Positions 1-6,674 of a stretch of DNA of 32,000 nt are shown here, in pieces. The position numbers and the translations under genes are program-made. The notes under the pieces are model-generated. The model ran no database searches. It was not told the DNA's origin and saw only the letters and a list, made by a program, of their open reading frames with translations. How positions within the stretch are numbered: the stretch's first letter is position 1; the number at the start of each line of letters is the position of its first letter. Source of the DNA: Geotalea daltonii FRC-32 (lineage in GTDB: Bacteria > Desulfobacterota > Desulfuromonadia > Geobacterales > Geobacteraceae); contig NC_011979.1 in the NCBI RefSeq assembly GCF_000022265.1, positions 1,410,001 to 1,442,000 on the forward strand, in the 5' to 3' direction.

Positions 1-2
1 CG

Positions 3-374
3 CCAACGGTTTGCACCGTCAGTGGTGCCACCGTCAGCGGCCTGGCCGCCGGCACCTGTACCATAGCCGCCGATCAGGCAGGTAACGGCAACTTCAATGC
101 CGCAACCCAGGCCACCCAGAGCATCACCATCGGCAAGGCCAGCCAGACCATCACCTTCGGCACGGCCCCGACGGTTTTTGTCGGCACTACCGGTACTGTC
201 AGCGCCACCGCCTCCTCTGGGTTTGCCGTAAGCTTCACCTCCACAACGCCCCTTGTCTGCACCATCAGCGGCACCGCCGTTACCGGCATATTCCCCGGCA
301 CCTGCACCATTGCCGCCAACCAGAGCGGTAACGGCAACTATAACGCCGCAACCCAGGCGACCCAGAGTATGACA
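3..374 (+). repeat. In-frame 246-bp (82-aa) tandem module of the surface protein, about 1.5 copies visible
   Basis: ggcacctgtaccatagccgcc.. at 51 recurs as ggcacctgcaccattgccgcc.. at 297, an offset of 246 nt. The array probably continues upstream of the window. Confidence 0.7.
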
Positions 375-1418
375 GTGACCGTTCCCTTGAGCCTGTTGCT
401 TTCGACCCTCAGTGACGGTGCCGTCACCACCGAAACCACGGTTAATGTCTGCGGTCTGGTCAGCAACCCGACTTTCCTCAGTTCCGTGACCATCAATGGG
501 GTCGCCATTCAGGTCAGTTCTTTCGGCCTGTTCAGCTATCCCGTGCAACTCGTGGCCGGGGCCAATACCATCACCGTCATCGCCACCAGCACCTCCGGCA
601 ATGTCATTACCGATACCCGCACCATAATCCTCGATACTATGGCGCCTCGCCTGACCGTTACCTCTCCGCCGGACAACACGGTGGTGATCCGGCAGTTCGT
701 CACCGTCACCGGTACCATTGTCGATTTGTTTGCCGGAAATGCAAAAATGGCCGCCGCGGATTCCGCAGGTATGACTGTCAGCTATACCGTCAACGGCTCA
801 TCCCCCCAGGCGGCCAGCCTGACCGATACGACGTACACCTTCACCGCCCCACTGAATGAGGGGATGAACACCATCCTTATAACAGCCGTAAGCCAGACAG
901 GAAAGACAGCGCAGGCCAAGCGGACGGCCAGTTATGTGCCTGCCTTCTCCCTGGCCGTTACCGATCCGTCCGGCGATATCCGCACGGTGCGTGATTCCTA
1001 TCCCCTTGCGGGAACAGTGGCGGACAATACAACTCCGGTAACTGTCACCATAAATATGGATGGCCAGACGTATACCCCGGCGGTGGTTGAGGGAGTATTC
1101 CGGCAGTTGCTGTCGTTGACCGATACCAAGGTGTACCAGGTGAGCGTTACCGGCACCGATCAGAACAGCAATACGTTGACGGTGCAGCGCAATATCATCC
1201 GCACCCTGCCGGTGGCGGTCGACGGAACGACGGAAGGTTTAAGTATTGTCGATGCGCTGCTTGCCCTGCAGATGGCGGTAGGGCTGAAAAATCAGCAACC
1301 GGACCAGGTTCTGAGGCTGGACATGGCGCCGATGGTCAACGGCGTTTCCACGGGGGACGGCGTCGTGGATATCGAGGATGCCCTGGTCATCCTGCGCCTG
1401 GTGGTGGGGCTAATCTGA
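3..1418 (+). CDS. C-terminal part of a large repetitive cell-surface protein (5' end outside window): Ig-like repeat modules plus dockerin-like tail
   Basis: Frame 3 is open from the window edge. I translated nt 3-368 and found no stop, so the ATG at 369 in the ORF track is internal. An 82-aa module occurs twice (PTVCTVSG..GTCTIAADQAGNGNFNAATQATQSITI and PLVCTISG..GTCTIAANQSGNGNYNAATQATQSMTV). The rest is T/V/S-rich and beta-strand-like. The tail ..MAPMVNGVSTGDGVVDIEDALVILRLVVGLI resembles a dockerin Ca-loop plus helix. Confidence 0.8.
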   Translation, partial: PTVCTVSGATVSGLAAGTCTIAADQAGNGNFNAATQATQSITIGKASQTITFGTAPTVFVGTTGTVSATASSGFAVSFTSTTPLVCTISGTAVTGIFPGTCTIAANQSGNGNYNAATQATQSMTVTVPLSLLLSTLSDGAVTTETTVNVCGLVSNPTFLSSVTINGVAIQVSSFGLFSYPVQLVAGANTITVIATSTSGNVITDTRTIILDTMAPRLTVTSPPDNTVVIRQFVTVTGTIVDLFAGNAKMAAADSAGMTVSYTVNGSSPQAASLTDTTYTFTAPLNEGMNTILITAVSQTGKTAQAKRTASYVPAFSLAVTDPSGDIRTVRDSYPLAGTVADNTTPVTVTINMDGQTYTPAVVEGVFRQLLSLTDTKVYQVSVTGTDQNSNTLTVQRNIIRTLPVAVDGTTEGLSIVDALLALQMAVGLKNQQPDQVLRLDMAPMVNGVSTGDGVVDIEDALVILRLVVGLI

Positions 1419-1528
1419 CAACGCTTGTCCTTTGGCAAAGGGGGTGTGATGCATGATCATGCCGCACAAAGATCGGCCGGACTGGAATGGGATTTTGTGC
1501 TTTATCTAAAACATGAAGGAGAACGAAG

Positions 1529-2062
1529 ATGAAAAATATTATTGCGGTGGCGACTGCCGTCTTTATGGCTGCGGGTCTTTGGGGATGCGGAGGAGGCTCT
1601 TCCGAGCCTGCCGTCCAAAAACTGAGTACAGGCAAGGCGACGCTGGCATTTTCCGCCATGAGTACGGCCAAACTGGACAACTCCATCGGCGGCATCGACA
1701 TCGAGGTGGCGCTGCCGCCGGGAATGAGCATTGCCACGACCGGTGGGGGATCGGGATCTGTGGACAGCGGTTCCCTAGTTCCCGGTGCGGCTGTGCAGGG
1801 CAGCATCCTGGTCTACGGCAATTATTCCGCCTCGACGCGCAAAGCTCGGATAGCCTTCACTACCAGCAGTAACAGCTACCGTTCCGGCGAATTCCTCCGC
1901 CTGGTTTGCAGCGTCGACGGCAGTGCGAACGTCACTGCCGCCGATGTTCGGGCACTGAACAACCCGGTAGTGGTCATCAAGGCTGCAGGTTACGATGGTG
2001 CTACCTTGAGCACCATCCTTCTGACCGGCAAGGTGAAGGTCACCATGGATGTGCTGCAGTAA
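1529..2062 (+). CDS. Small lipoprotein (177 aa), beta-rich, possibly cohesin-like
   Basis: ATG 1529 is preceded by GAAGGAG (1515-1521). The N-terminus MKNIIAVATAVFMAAGLWGCGGG carries a lipobox (LWGC). No catalytic motif was recognised. Confidence 0.75.
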   Translation: MKNIIAVATAVFMAAGLWGCGGGSSEPAVQKLSTGKATLAFSAMSTAKLDNSIGGIDIEVALPPGMSIATTGGGSGSVDSGSLVPGAAVQGSILVYGNYSASTRKARIAFTTSSNSYRSGEFLRLVCSVDGSANVTAADVRALNNPVVVIKAAGYDGATLSTILLTGKVKVTMDVLQ

Positions 2063-2096
2063 ATTTTGGATCGACTTAGCGGCTGTCAGACAAAAA

Positions 2097-2141
2097 GCAG
2101 ATGGGAAGAAGACCTATCCCCATCTGCTTTTTGCTTTTTTT
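2097..2141 (+). terminator. Rho-independent terminator after the lipoprotein gene
   Basis: GCAGATGGG (2097-2105) pairs with CCCATCTGC (2119-2127) across a 13-nt loop, followed by TTTTTGCTTTTTTT. Confidence 0.8.
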
Positions 2142-2383
2142 GAAGTCATCCGGGAATTCAATGGAAATAACAGGCCGGCGCCACATCGTCCGTTCACTCT
2201 GTCGCCACAGCTGCGGACCCTGCGGTGTTGTCCGCGTAACGGTGTGCGATGCCTGGAGTGGCGTGTCTTCTCCGCTCAAACATGGGCGGGTATCCGCTCG
2301 CAGCTGTGGCTCGTCGCTCTCTCCCGATGCCATGTCTGCCTTCCCTGTGGATTGAAGACTTTTTTTCTCCGAGGAAAAAATTG

Positions 2384-2413
2384 TTGACAAAAGGTTGGAT
2401 GTCCAACTAAAGT
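2384..2413 (+). promoter_or_regulatory. marR promoter with an embedded palindromic operator
   Basis: TTGACA (2384-2389), an 18-nt spacer, then TAAAGT (2408-2413). The spacer contains GTTGGA-TG-TCCAAC (2394-2407). ATG 2421 lies 7 nt after the -10 with no SD. Confidence 0.55.
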
Positions 2414-2420
2414 TGCAGGC

Positions 2421-2843
2421 ATGGATAGTTCAAAAATTGCCCATCTCATCGGTACCGTAAGGGAAAAGATCAACCGCTATCTGGCCGGGGAGCTGGAGCG
2501 CTGTGCCGTCAAGGGGCTCGTCGCCTCCCACGGCAGCATCCTCTACCATCTCTTCCGGGAAGAGCAGGTATCCATGAAAAAACTGGCGGAAGTGGTCGGG
2601 CGGGATAAATCTACGGTCACCACGCTGGTGGACAAGCTGGTCAACCTGGGCTACGTGACCAAAGGCAGCGGCGATGCCGATCAGCGCTACTCCTACGTCA
2701 GGCTGACAGAGGAGGGGCGGGCGCTGGAACCTTCGTTCAGGGAGATTTCCGACAACCTGCTGGCTGCTGTTTTCAAGGGCATTTCCGAGAAAGAGCAGCA
2801 GGAGGTCGTCAGGATTCTGAGCAAGATCGACCGCAATCTCTGA
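2421..2843 (+). CDS. MarR-family transcriptional regulator
   Basis: 140 aa. It shows a winged-HTH pattern (..VSMKKLAEVVGRDKSTVTTLVDKLVNLGYVTK..D.R...V.LTEEG) typical of MarR. Confidence 0.85.
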   Translation: MDSSKIAHLIGTVREKINRYLAGELERCAVKGLVASHGSILYHLFREEQVSMKKLAEVVGRDKSTVTTLVDKLVNLGYVTKGSGDADQRYSYVRLTEEGRALEPSFREISDNLLAAVFKGISEKEQQEVVRILSKIDRNL

Positions 2844-2860
2844 TATTTTTTTGCCCAAAT

Positions 2861-2876
2861 GGTTGGATGTCAAACC
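2861..2876 (+). promoter_or_regulatory. Second copy of the MarR operator-like motif, upstream of the PNPOx-like gene
   Basis: GGTTGGATGTCAAACC followed by GAGTTGC. Compare GGTTGGATGTCCAACT..AAGTTGC at 2393-2416. Confidence 0.5.
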
Positions 2877-2936
2877 GAGTTGCCGTAGCCATGGTGGCTG
2901 TCGGCAGTAATTCACCAAATAAAAGGAGCGAAGATT

Positions 2937-3341
2937 ATGAACACTGTAACTGAATTTCTCACCAAGAACAGAACTGTCTACCTGGCCACCATAGGTATCG
3001 ACGGCAATCCGAAGGTGCGTCCTTTCCAGTTCATGCTGGAAGACGGCGGCAAGCTCTATTTCTGCACCGCGAACAATAAACCGGTCTATCAGGAGATGCA
3101 GAAGCATCCTGCCGTCGAATTCAGTATCTGCGACGAGAAGTTTGCCTGGCTGCGCCTCCATGGCAAAGCTGTTTTTTCTCAGGATCTTCGGATAAAGGAA
3201 AAGGTTCTGGAGGGGAATCCCCTGGTGAAATCCATCTATAAAACTGCAGACAACCCTGCCTTCGAGATATTCTATCTGGAAGGGGCCGGGGCCACCATTG
3301 CCGACTTCAGCGGCAACCCACCCCAGACCTTCACATTCTGA
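2937..3341 (+). CDS. Pyridoxamine 5'-phosphate oxidase-like FMN-binding family protein
   Basis: 134 aa. SD AAAAGGAG lies 8 nt upstream. The sequence ..VYLATIGIDGNPKVRPFQFMLEDGGKLYFCT..HPAVEFS.. fits the PNPOx-like split-barrel family. Confidence 0.75.
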   Translation: MNTVTEFLTKNRTVYLATIGIDGNPKVRPFQFMLEDGGKLYFCTANNKPVYQEMQKHPAVEFSICDEKFAWLRLHGKAVFSQDLRIKEKVLEGNPLVKSIYKTADNPAFEIFYLEGAGATIADFSGNPPQTFTF

Positions 3342-3351
3342 TCGATACAAA

Positions 3352-3383
3352 AACGGCCCGGGGAACCCAATCCCCGGGCCGTT
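3352..3383. terminator. Bidirectional hairpin terminator between convergent genes
   Basis: A perfect 13-bp stem, AACGGCCCGGGGA (3352-3364) with TCCCCGGGCCGTT (3371-3383), and a 6-nt loop. Flanks are A-rich upstream and T-containing downstream. Confidence 0.7.
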
Positions 3384-3416
3384 GCGTTTATGGTTGTTCC
3401 TGCCAATGGGGAAGTA

Positions 3417-4154
3417 TCAGGCGGGGATCATCTTCCCGAATTCCCTTTCGGCCAGCTTTGGGTCCTGCAGCATCATGGCATGGGCCTGCCTGGACATCTC
3501 TTCGGGGAAAATGTCTTCGACACCGGCGGCAAGACCTTCGACGATTGCTTGCGCCACCCCTTCCGGTGAAGCCTTGGGGATTTCCAACCCTGCCGTCAGC
3601 CTGGTATCCACTGGGCCGGGATAGATGCCGACGACGCGTATGTTTTTCGGCGCCAATTCGCCGCGCAGCCCCTGCAGCAGCGAATGACCGGCGGCCTTGG
3701 ACGCGCAGTAGGTGCCGTTGGCAGGCATATTGACCAGGCCCAAGATGGAACAAACATTGGCGATGACGCCTGAGCCGACATGGGCCATCATGGGGGCAAA
3801 GGCCCGGCACATGGCGAGGGTGCCGAAGAAATTCACCTCCATTTCTTCCCGTGCCGCGTCCGCACCTGCCGGCGCCAGGAACCACAAGCCCCGGTTGATG
3901 CCGGCATTGTTGACCAGAATCTGCACGTCTGCGCACTCTCCTGCAACCCGTGCGATCCCGGCTCCGTCCAAAAGGTCCAGTTGGACCGGCACGACTCGGC
4001 CTTCGCCCAACTGCACCAGGGGGGCGAGGGCCGTGTCGTCCCGTGCCGCAGCATACACTTTCCCCGCATCCCGCTCCAGGAATGCTCTGACCAACGCCTG
4101 ACCGATGCCGCCATTGGCGCCGGTTACCATTACCACACTACCTTTGATATTCAT
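3417..4154 (-). CDS. Short-chain dehydrogenase/reductase (SDR) family oxidoreductase
   Basis: Start moved to the internal ATG (MNIKGSVVMVTGANGGIGQAL..), which has AAGGAG upstream. Motifs seen: TGxxxGIG, NNAG and YCASK (YxxxK). Confidence 0.85.
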   Translation of the reverse strand: MNIKGSVVMVTGANGGIGQALVRAFLERDAGKVYAAARDDTALAPLVQLGEGRVVPVQLDLLDGAGIARVAGECADVQILVNNAGINRGLWFLAPAGADAAREEMEVNFFGTLAMCRAFAPMMAHVGSGVIANVCSILGLVNMPANGTYCASKAAGHSLLQGLRGELAPKNIRVVGIYPGPVDTRLTAGLEIPKASPEGVAQAIVEGLAAGVEDIFPEEMSRQAHAMMLQDPKLAEREFGKMIPA

Positions 4155-4173
4155 AACTGCTCCTTTTCCGGTG

Positions 4174-4605
4174 TCACTTGCCACCCATGTTTCCCTGCAA
4201 ATGATTGAGCATCCTGAAAAGCTGCCGGCGCTCTTCCTGGGACAGCCCACGGCCTGCGTCGTCGTTCATGGCCTCGGCAACGGGAAGGATTCGTTCCCGC
4301 AATTCCCGGCCGTTATCGGTGATGATAATGGTGAACGCGCGTCTGTCGCTGGTGCTGTCATCCCGCCGTACCAGTTCCAAAGCCATCAGCTTGTCCAGGA
4401 TGCGGGCGGTCGTCGGCTGGTCCTTGAAGGTGCGGGTGGCCAGTTCCCGCTGGGAGATGCCGTCTTGTTCCGCCAGCCGGTTCAAGACCGACCATTGCTC
4501 CGGCGTCAGTCCGAAGGGCTTCAGGCGACGGGCCATCTCCGTGCGCAGTTTCAGGGCTGTCTGGTTGACCACGAAACCTATGGACTCATCAAGCAGGAAG
4601 GGCAT
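4174..4605 (-). CDS. MarR-family transcriptional regulator (second one), co-oriented with the SDR gene
   Basis: Start moved to MPFLLDESIGFVVNQ.., preceded by AGGAGAAG. The sequence ..EQDGISQRELATRTFKDQPTTARILDKLMALELVRR..D.R.. is MarR-like. Its stop lies 19 nt before the SDR start. Confidence 0.85.
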   Translation of the reverse strand: MPFLLDESIGFVVNQTALKLRTEMARRLKPFGLTPEQWSVLNRLAEQDGISQRELATRTFKDQPTTARILDKLMALELVRRDDSTSDRRAFTIIITDNGRELRERILPVAEAMNDDAGRGLSQEERRQLFRMLNHLQGNMGGK

Positions 4606-4633
4606 GTGACTTCTCCTAAGAAATATAGCCACA

Positions 4634-4662
4634 ATAATATGTGTTACAACAATAGTTGTCAA
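4634..4662 (-). promoter_or_regulatory. Promoter and operator of the marR-SDR operon
   Basis: Minus strand reads TTGACA (4657-4662), a 17-nt spacer, then TATTAT (4634-4639). The spacer contains the inverted repeat ACAAC-N4-GTTGT (4646-4659). Confidence 0.55.
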
Positions 4663-4736
4663 GACAAGTAATTTGGAAATTTCTTCCCTTTATATCCGAC
4701 TGTTTATCGGTTCATTTTATGTTTCCGATCCGCCAA

Positions 4737-4780
4737 CGCACTACAGCCCTTTCAGGGTATTCTGAAAGGGCTGTAGTGCG
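4737..4780 (-). terminator. Perfect 19-bp-stem hairpin downstream of the nitroreductase gene (terminator/insulator candidate, no U-tract)
   Basis: CGCACTACAGCCCTTTCAG (4737-4755) pairs with CTGAAAGGGCTGTAGTGCG (4762-4780) across a 6-nt loop. A second 6-bp hairpin, ATGCCC/GGGCAT, lies at 4796-4815. Confidence 0.45.
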
Positions 4781-4814
4781 TTGTGCACCATTTGTATGCC
4801 CCGACCGTCGGGCA

Positions 4815-5414
4815 TTATTTAAATAATTTCAGCCGTTCCGCCAAAGGTGCGAACTCTTTTTGATCGGGCTGGGCGACCGGTTTGCCGAACGGCATCTGGG
4901 CAATCAGCTTCCAGTTCGCCGGGAGAGACCACTCTGCCCTTACCGCCCCATCTATCACCGGGTTGTAGTGCTGCAACGAGGCCCCCCACCCATCCAGTTC
5001 CAGCGCCGACCACACGGCAAATTGCAGCATGCCCGACGACTGATGGGACCACACGGGGAAATTATCACTGTACAGGGGAAATGCCTGCTGCAGTCCTTGG
5101 ATGACGTTTTCATCTTCGAAGTACAGGATCGAACCGTAGCCACTGCGGAAAAATCCGTTAATTTTCTCTTCAGTGGCCTGATAGCCATCCGCGGGCAGGA
5201 TTTTTTTCAATTCGGCCTTGGCCAGGTCCCACAGCCGGTCATGCTGCTCGCCAAGCAGGACAACCACTCTGGCGCTCTGGGAATTGAACGGCGACGGCAC
5301 ATGTTTGACCGCCTCTCCCACGATCTCTTCAATCCGCTCATCAGGGGTTACCTGCTTCTTGCTGATGGCATAGTAACTTCTTCTTTCCTTTACTACATTC
5401 CAGTAAGTACTCAT
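4815..5414 (-). CDS. Nitroreductase-family protein
   Basis: 199 aa. The sequence ..ERRSYYAISK..VKHVPSPFNSQSARVVVLLG.. matches the typical N-terminal nitroreductase pattern. AAAGGAGAAAAAA lies upstream of the ATG. Confidence 0.8.
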   Translation of the reverse strand: MSTYWNVVKERRSYYAISKKQVTPDERIEEIVGEAVKHVPSPFNSQSARVVVLLGEQHDRLWDLAKAELKKILPADGYQATEEKINGFFRSGYGSILYFEDENVIQGLQQAFPLYSDNFPVWSHQSSGMLQFAVWSALELDGWGASLQHYNPVIDGAVRAEWSLPANWKLIAQMPFGKPVAQPDQKEFAPLAERLKLFK

Positions 5415-5465
5415 TTTTTTCTCCTTTTGTTTGGTAATAATATTGCCTGACTTTTCTTCCTGTCC

Positions 5466-5645
5466 CTAATCCCGTGCCAGACATCTCCTGGGTATGAGCC
5501 CTATCGTCGCAAACAGGGCGAACGGGATGAAAAACAGGCTTAAGAAAAGCCCCCACAACAACCCCGCCTCGGTGAAAATGGACCATTGTACCCAGGCGGT
5601 ATTGATCAGTGCTGCAGATAAAATTAATAATTCGAACAGCCACAT
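5466..5645 (-). CDS. Small (59-aa) two-helix membrane protein; not in the ORF track
   Basis: Manual translation gives MWLFELLILSAALINTAWVQWSIFTEAGLLWGLFLSLFFIPFALFATIGLIPRRCLARD*. ATG is at 5643-5645, GGAG lies 7 nt upstream and the stop TAG is at 5466-5468. The ORF ends 51 nt upstream of the nitroreductase start. Confidence 0.5.
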   Translation of the reverse strand: MWLFELLILSAALINTAWVQWSIFTEAGLLWGLFLSLFFIPFALFATIGLIPRRCLARD

Positions 5646-5761
5646 CTTTAGACTCCGATTGGTTTCATATTATATAATTTAAACTTAAACTATATTACCA
5701 TGTCTAGTCAAGTAAATTTTTGTTCTGGCGTTTCCATATGTACACCCTGGGAAAAGATATA

Positions 5762-5789
5762 TTTCAAAACAGTAGCGGCTAGGTATAAT
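5762..5789 (+). promoter_or_regulatory. Candidate sigma70 promoter of the isochorismatase-family gene, in an AT-rich divergent spacer
   Basis: TTTCAA (5762-5767), a 16-nt spacer, then TATAAT (5784-5789). Confidence 0.4.
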
Positions 5790-5840
5790 TTAATTACATG
5801 GAGTTGATTCGGATCAAAAAAATCCAAAGGAGATAAGATC

Positions 5841-6521
5841 ATGGCCTCCATTATGGGAAAAGGTGGACCAAGCCAGCGTCTGTTAACGCCTCAAAACTCG
5901 ATGCTGCTGCTTATCGACCACCAGCCGCAAATGGCATTTGCATCGCACTCCATCGACGTACAACTCCTCGTTAACAACGTGACGGGCCTTGCTAAATCGG
6001 CCAAGATTTTCAAGGTGCCGACGATCCTTACCACAGTCGCCGCCAAAAGCTTCAGCGGTCCCATTTTCTCCAATGTCCAGGAAGTCTTTCCGGAATATAA
6101 CCCGATCGACCGCACGACGATGAACTCGTGGGAAGATCCGAAAGTGGTCGAAGCCGTGAAGCAGACGGATAGAAAGAAACTGGTAATGGCTGCGCTGTGG
6201 ACGGAGGTCTGCCTTGCAACTGCCGCACTTTCCGCCCTTGATGACGGCTTCGAGGTTTACATTGTGACGGACGCCTCGGCAGGGGTAACGGTAGAAGCCC
6301 ACGAAATGGCCATCCAAAGAATGGTGCAGGCAGGTGCAGTGCCGGTGACGTGGTTGCAGGTGCTCCTGGAATGGCAGCGCGACTGGGCTCGCCAGGAAAC
6401 TTACAACGCGGTAATGAGCGTGGCAAAAGAGCACGCTGGCGGTTATGGCCTCGGCATCAATTACGCAAAAGCGATGCTCGGGGAACACGCCAGCGAAGCG
6501 CAGAAGGAGTTGGGGAAATAA
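5841..6521 (+). CDS. Isochorismatase-family cysteine hydrolase, YcaC-like
   Basis: 226 aa with SD AAAGGAG. The motifs LLLIDHQ, KVPTILTT, WTEVCLATAALSALDDGFEVYIVTDASAG and WQRDW align by eye with my recollection of E. coli YcaC. Confidence 0.8.
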   Translation: MASIMGKGGPSQRLLTPQNSMLLLIDHQPQMAFASHSIDVQLLVNNVTGLAKSAKIFKVPTILTTVAAKSFSGPIFSNVQEVFPEYNPIDRTTMNSWEDPKVVEAVKQTDRKKLVMAALWTEVCLATAALSALDDGFEVYIVTDASAGVTVEAHEMAIQRMVQAGAVPVTWLQVLLEWQRDWARQETYNAVMSVAKEHAGGYGLGINYAKAMLGEHASEAQKELGK

Positions 6522-6540
6522 CCCCATCCAGAATATCTCG

Positions 6541-6571
6541 AAAAAAGGGGGCGATGGTTGCCCCTTTTTTG
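6541..6571 (+). terminator. Rho-independent terminator
   Basis: AAAAAAGGGGGC gatggtt GCCCCTTTTTT. Confidence 0.7.
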
Positions 6572-6674
6572 CTATTGCAATGGGCATTGTCCTGCTATTG
6601 ACATGGGCAGTCATGCCGGTGCTGGTCAGAATCATGAGGCCGTGGCTGCACTAAGCAAACGGGAGGTAATCCTT

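Noticed and set aside
74-337. 87-aa minus-strand ORF at the window start
   Set aside because: It is antisense to the open, repeat-bearing surface-protein frame that runs in from the window edge.
1449-1532. 27-aa upstream ORF (MHDHAAQRSAGLEWDFVLYLKHEGERR) with a GGGGG SD-like run and an ATGA overlap with the lipoprotein start
   Set aside because: It is too short, has no distinctive composition and conservation could not be tested. It is noted only as a possible coupling uORF.
2430-3350. 306-aa minus-strand ORF spanning marR, the intergenic operator and the PNPOx-like gene
   Set aside because: It is antisense to two ORFs with clear family motifs and SDs, has no recognisable motif or RBS of its own, and crosses an intergenic region. 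This is a typical GC-rich antisense open frame.
3388-4208. Arg/Gly/Pro-rich ORFs in other frames over the SDR gene (182, 129, 142 and 93 aa)
   Set aside because: They are off-frame products of a GC-rich gene. The SDR frame carries TGxxxGIG, NNAG and YxxxK.
5883-6635. 250-aa minus-strand ORF
   Set aside because: It is antisense to the YcaC-like gene, runs through its terminator, and has no motif support.
6558-6674. N-terminal extensions of track ORFs (also 4155-4250, 4606-4662, 11662-11856, 11814-11897, 13553-13675, 14172-14255, 19931-20029, 20080-20115, 22841-22861, 29472-29567)
   Set aside because: The extensions run through terminators or promoters, lack SDs and add non-family sequence. 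Internal ATGs give canonical N-termini and, in most cases, good SDs.
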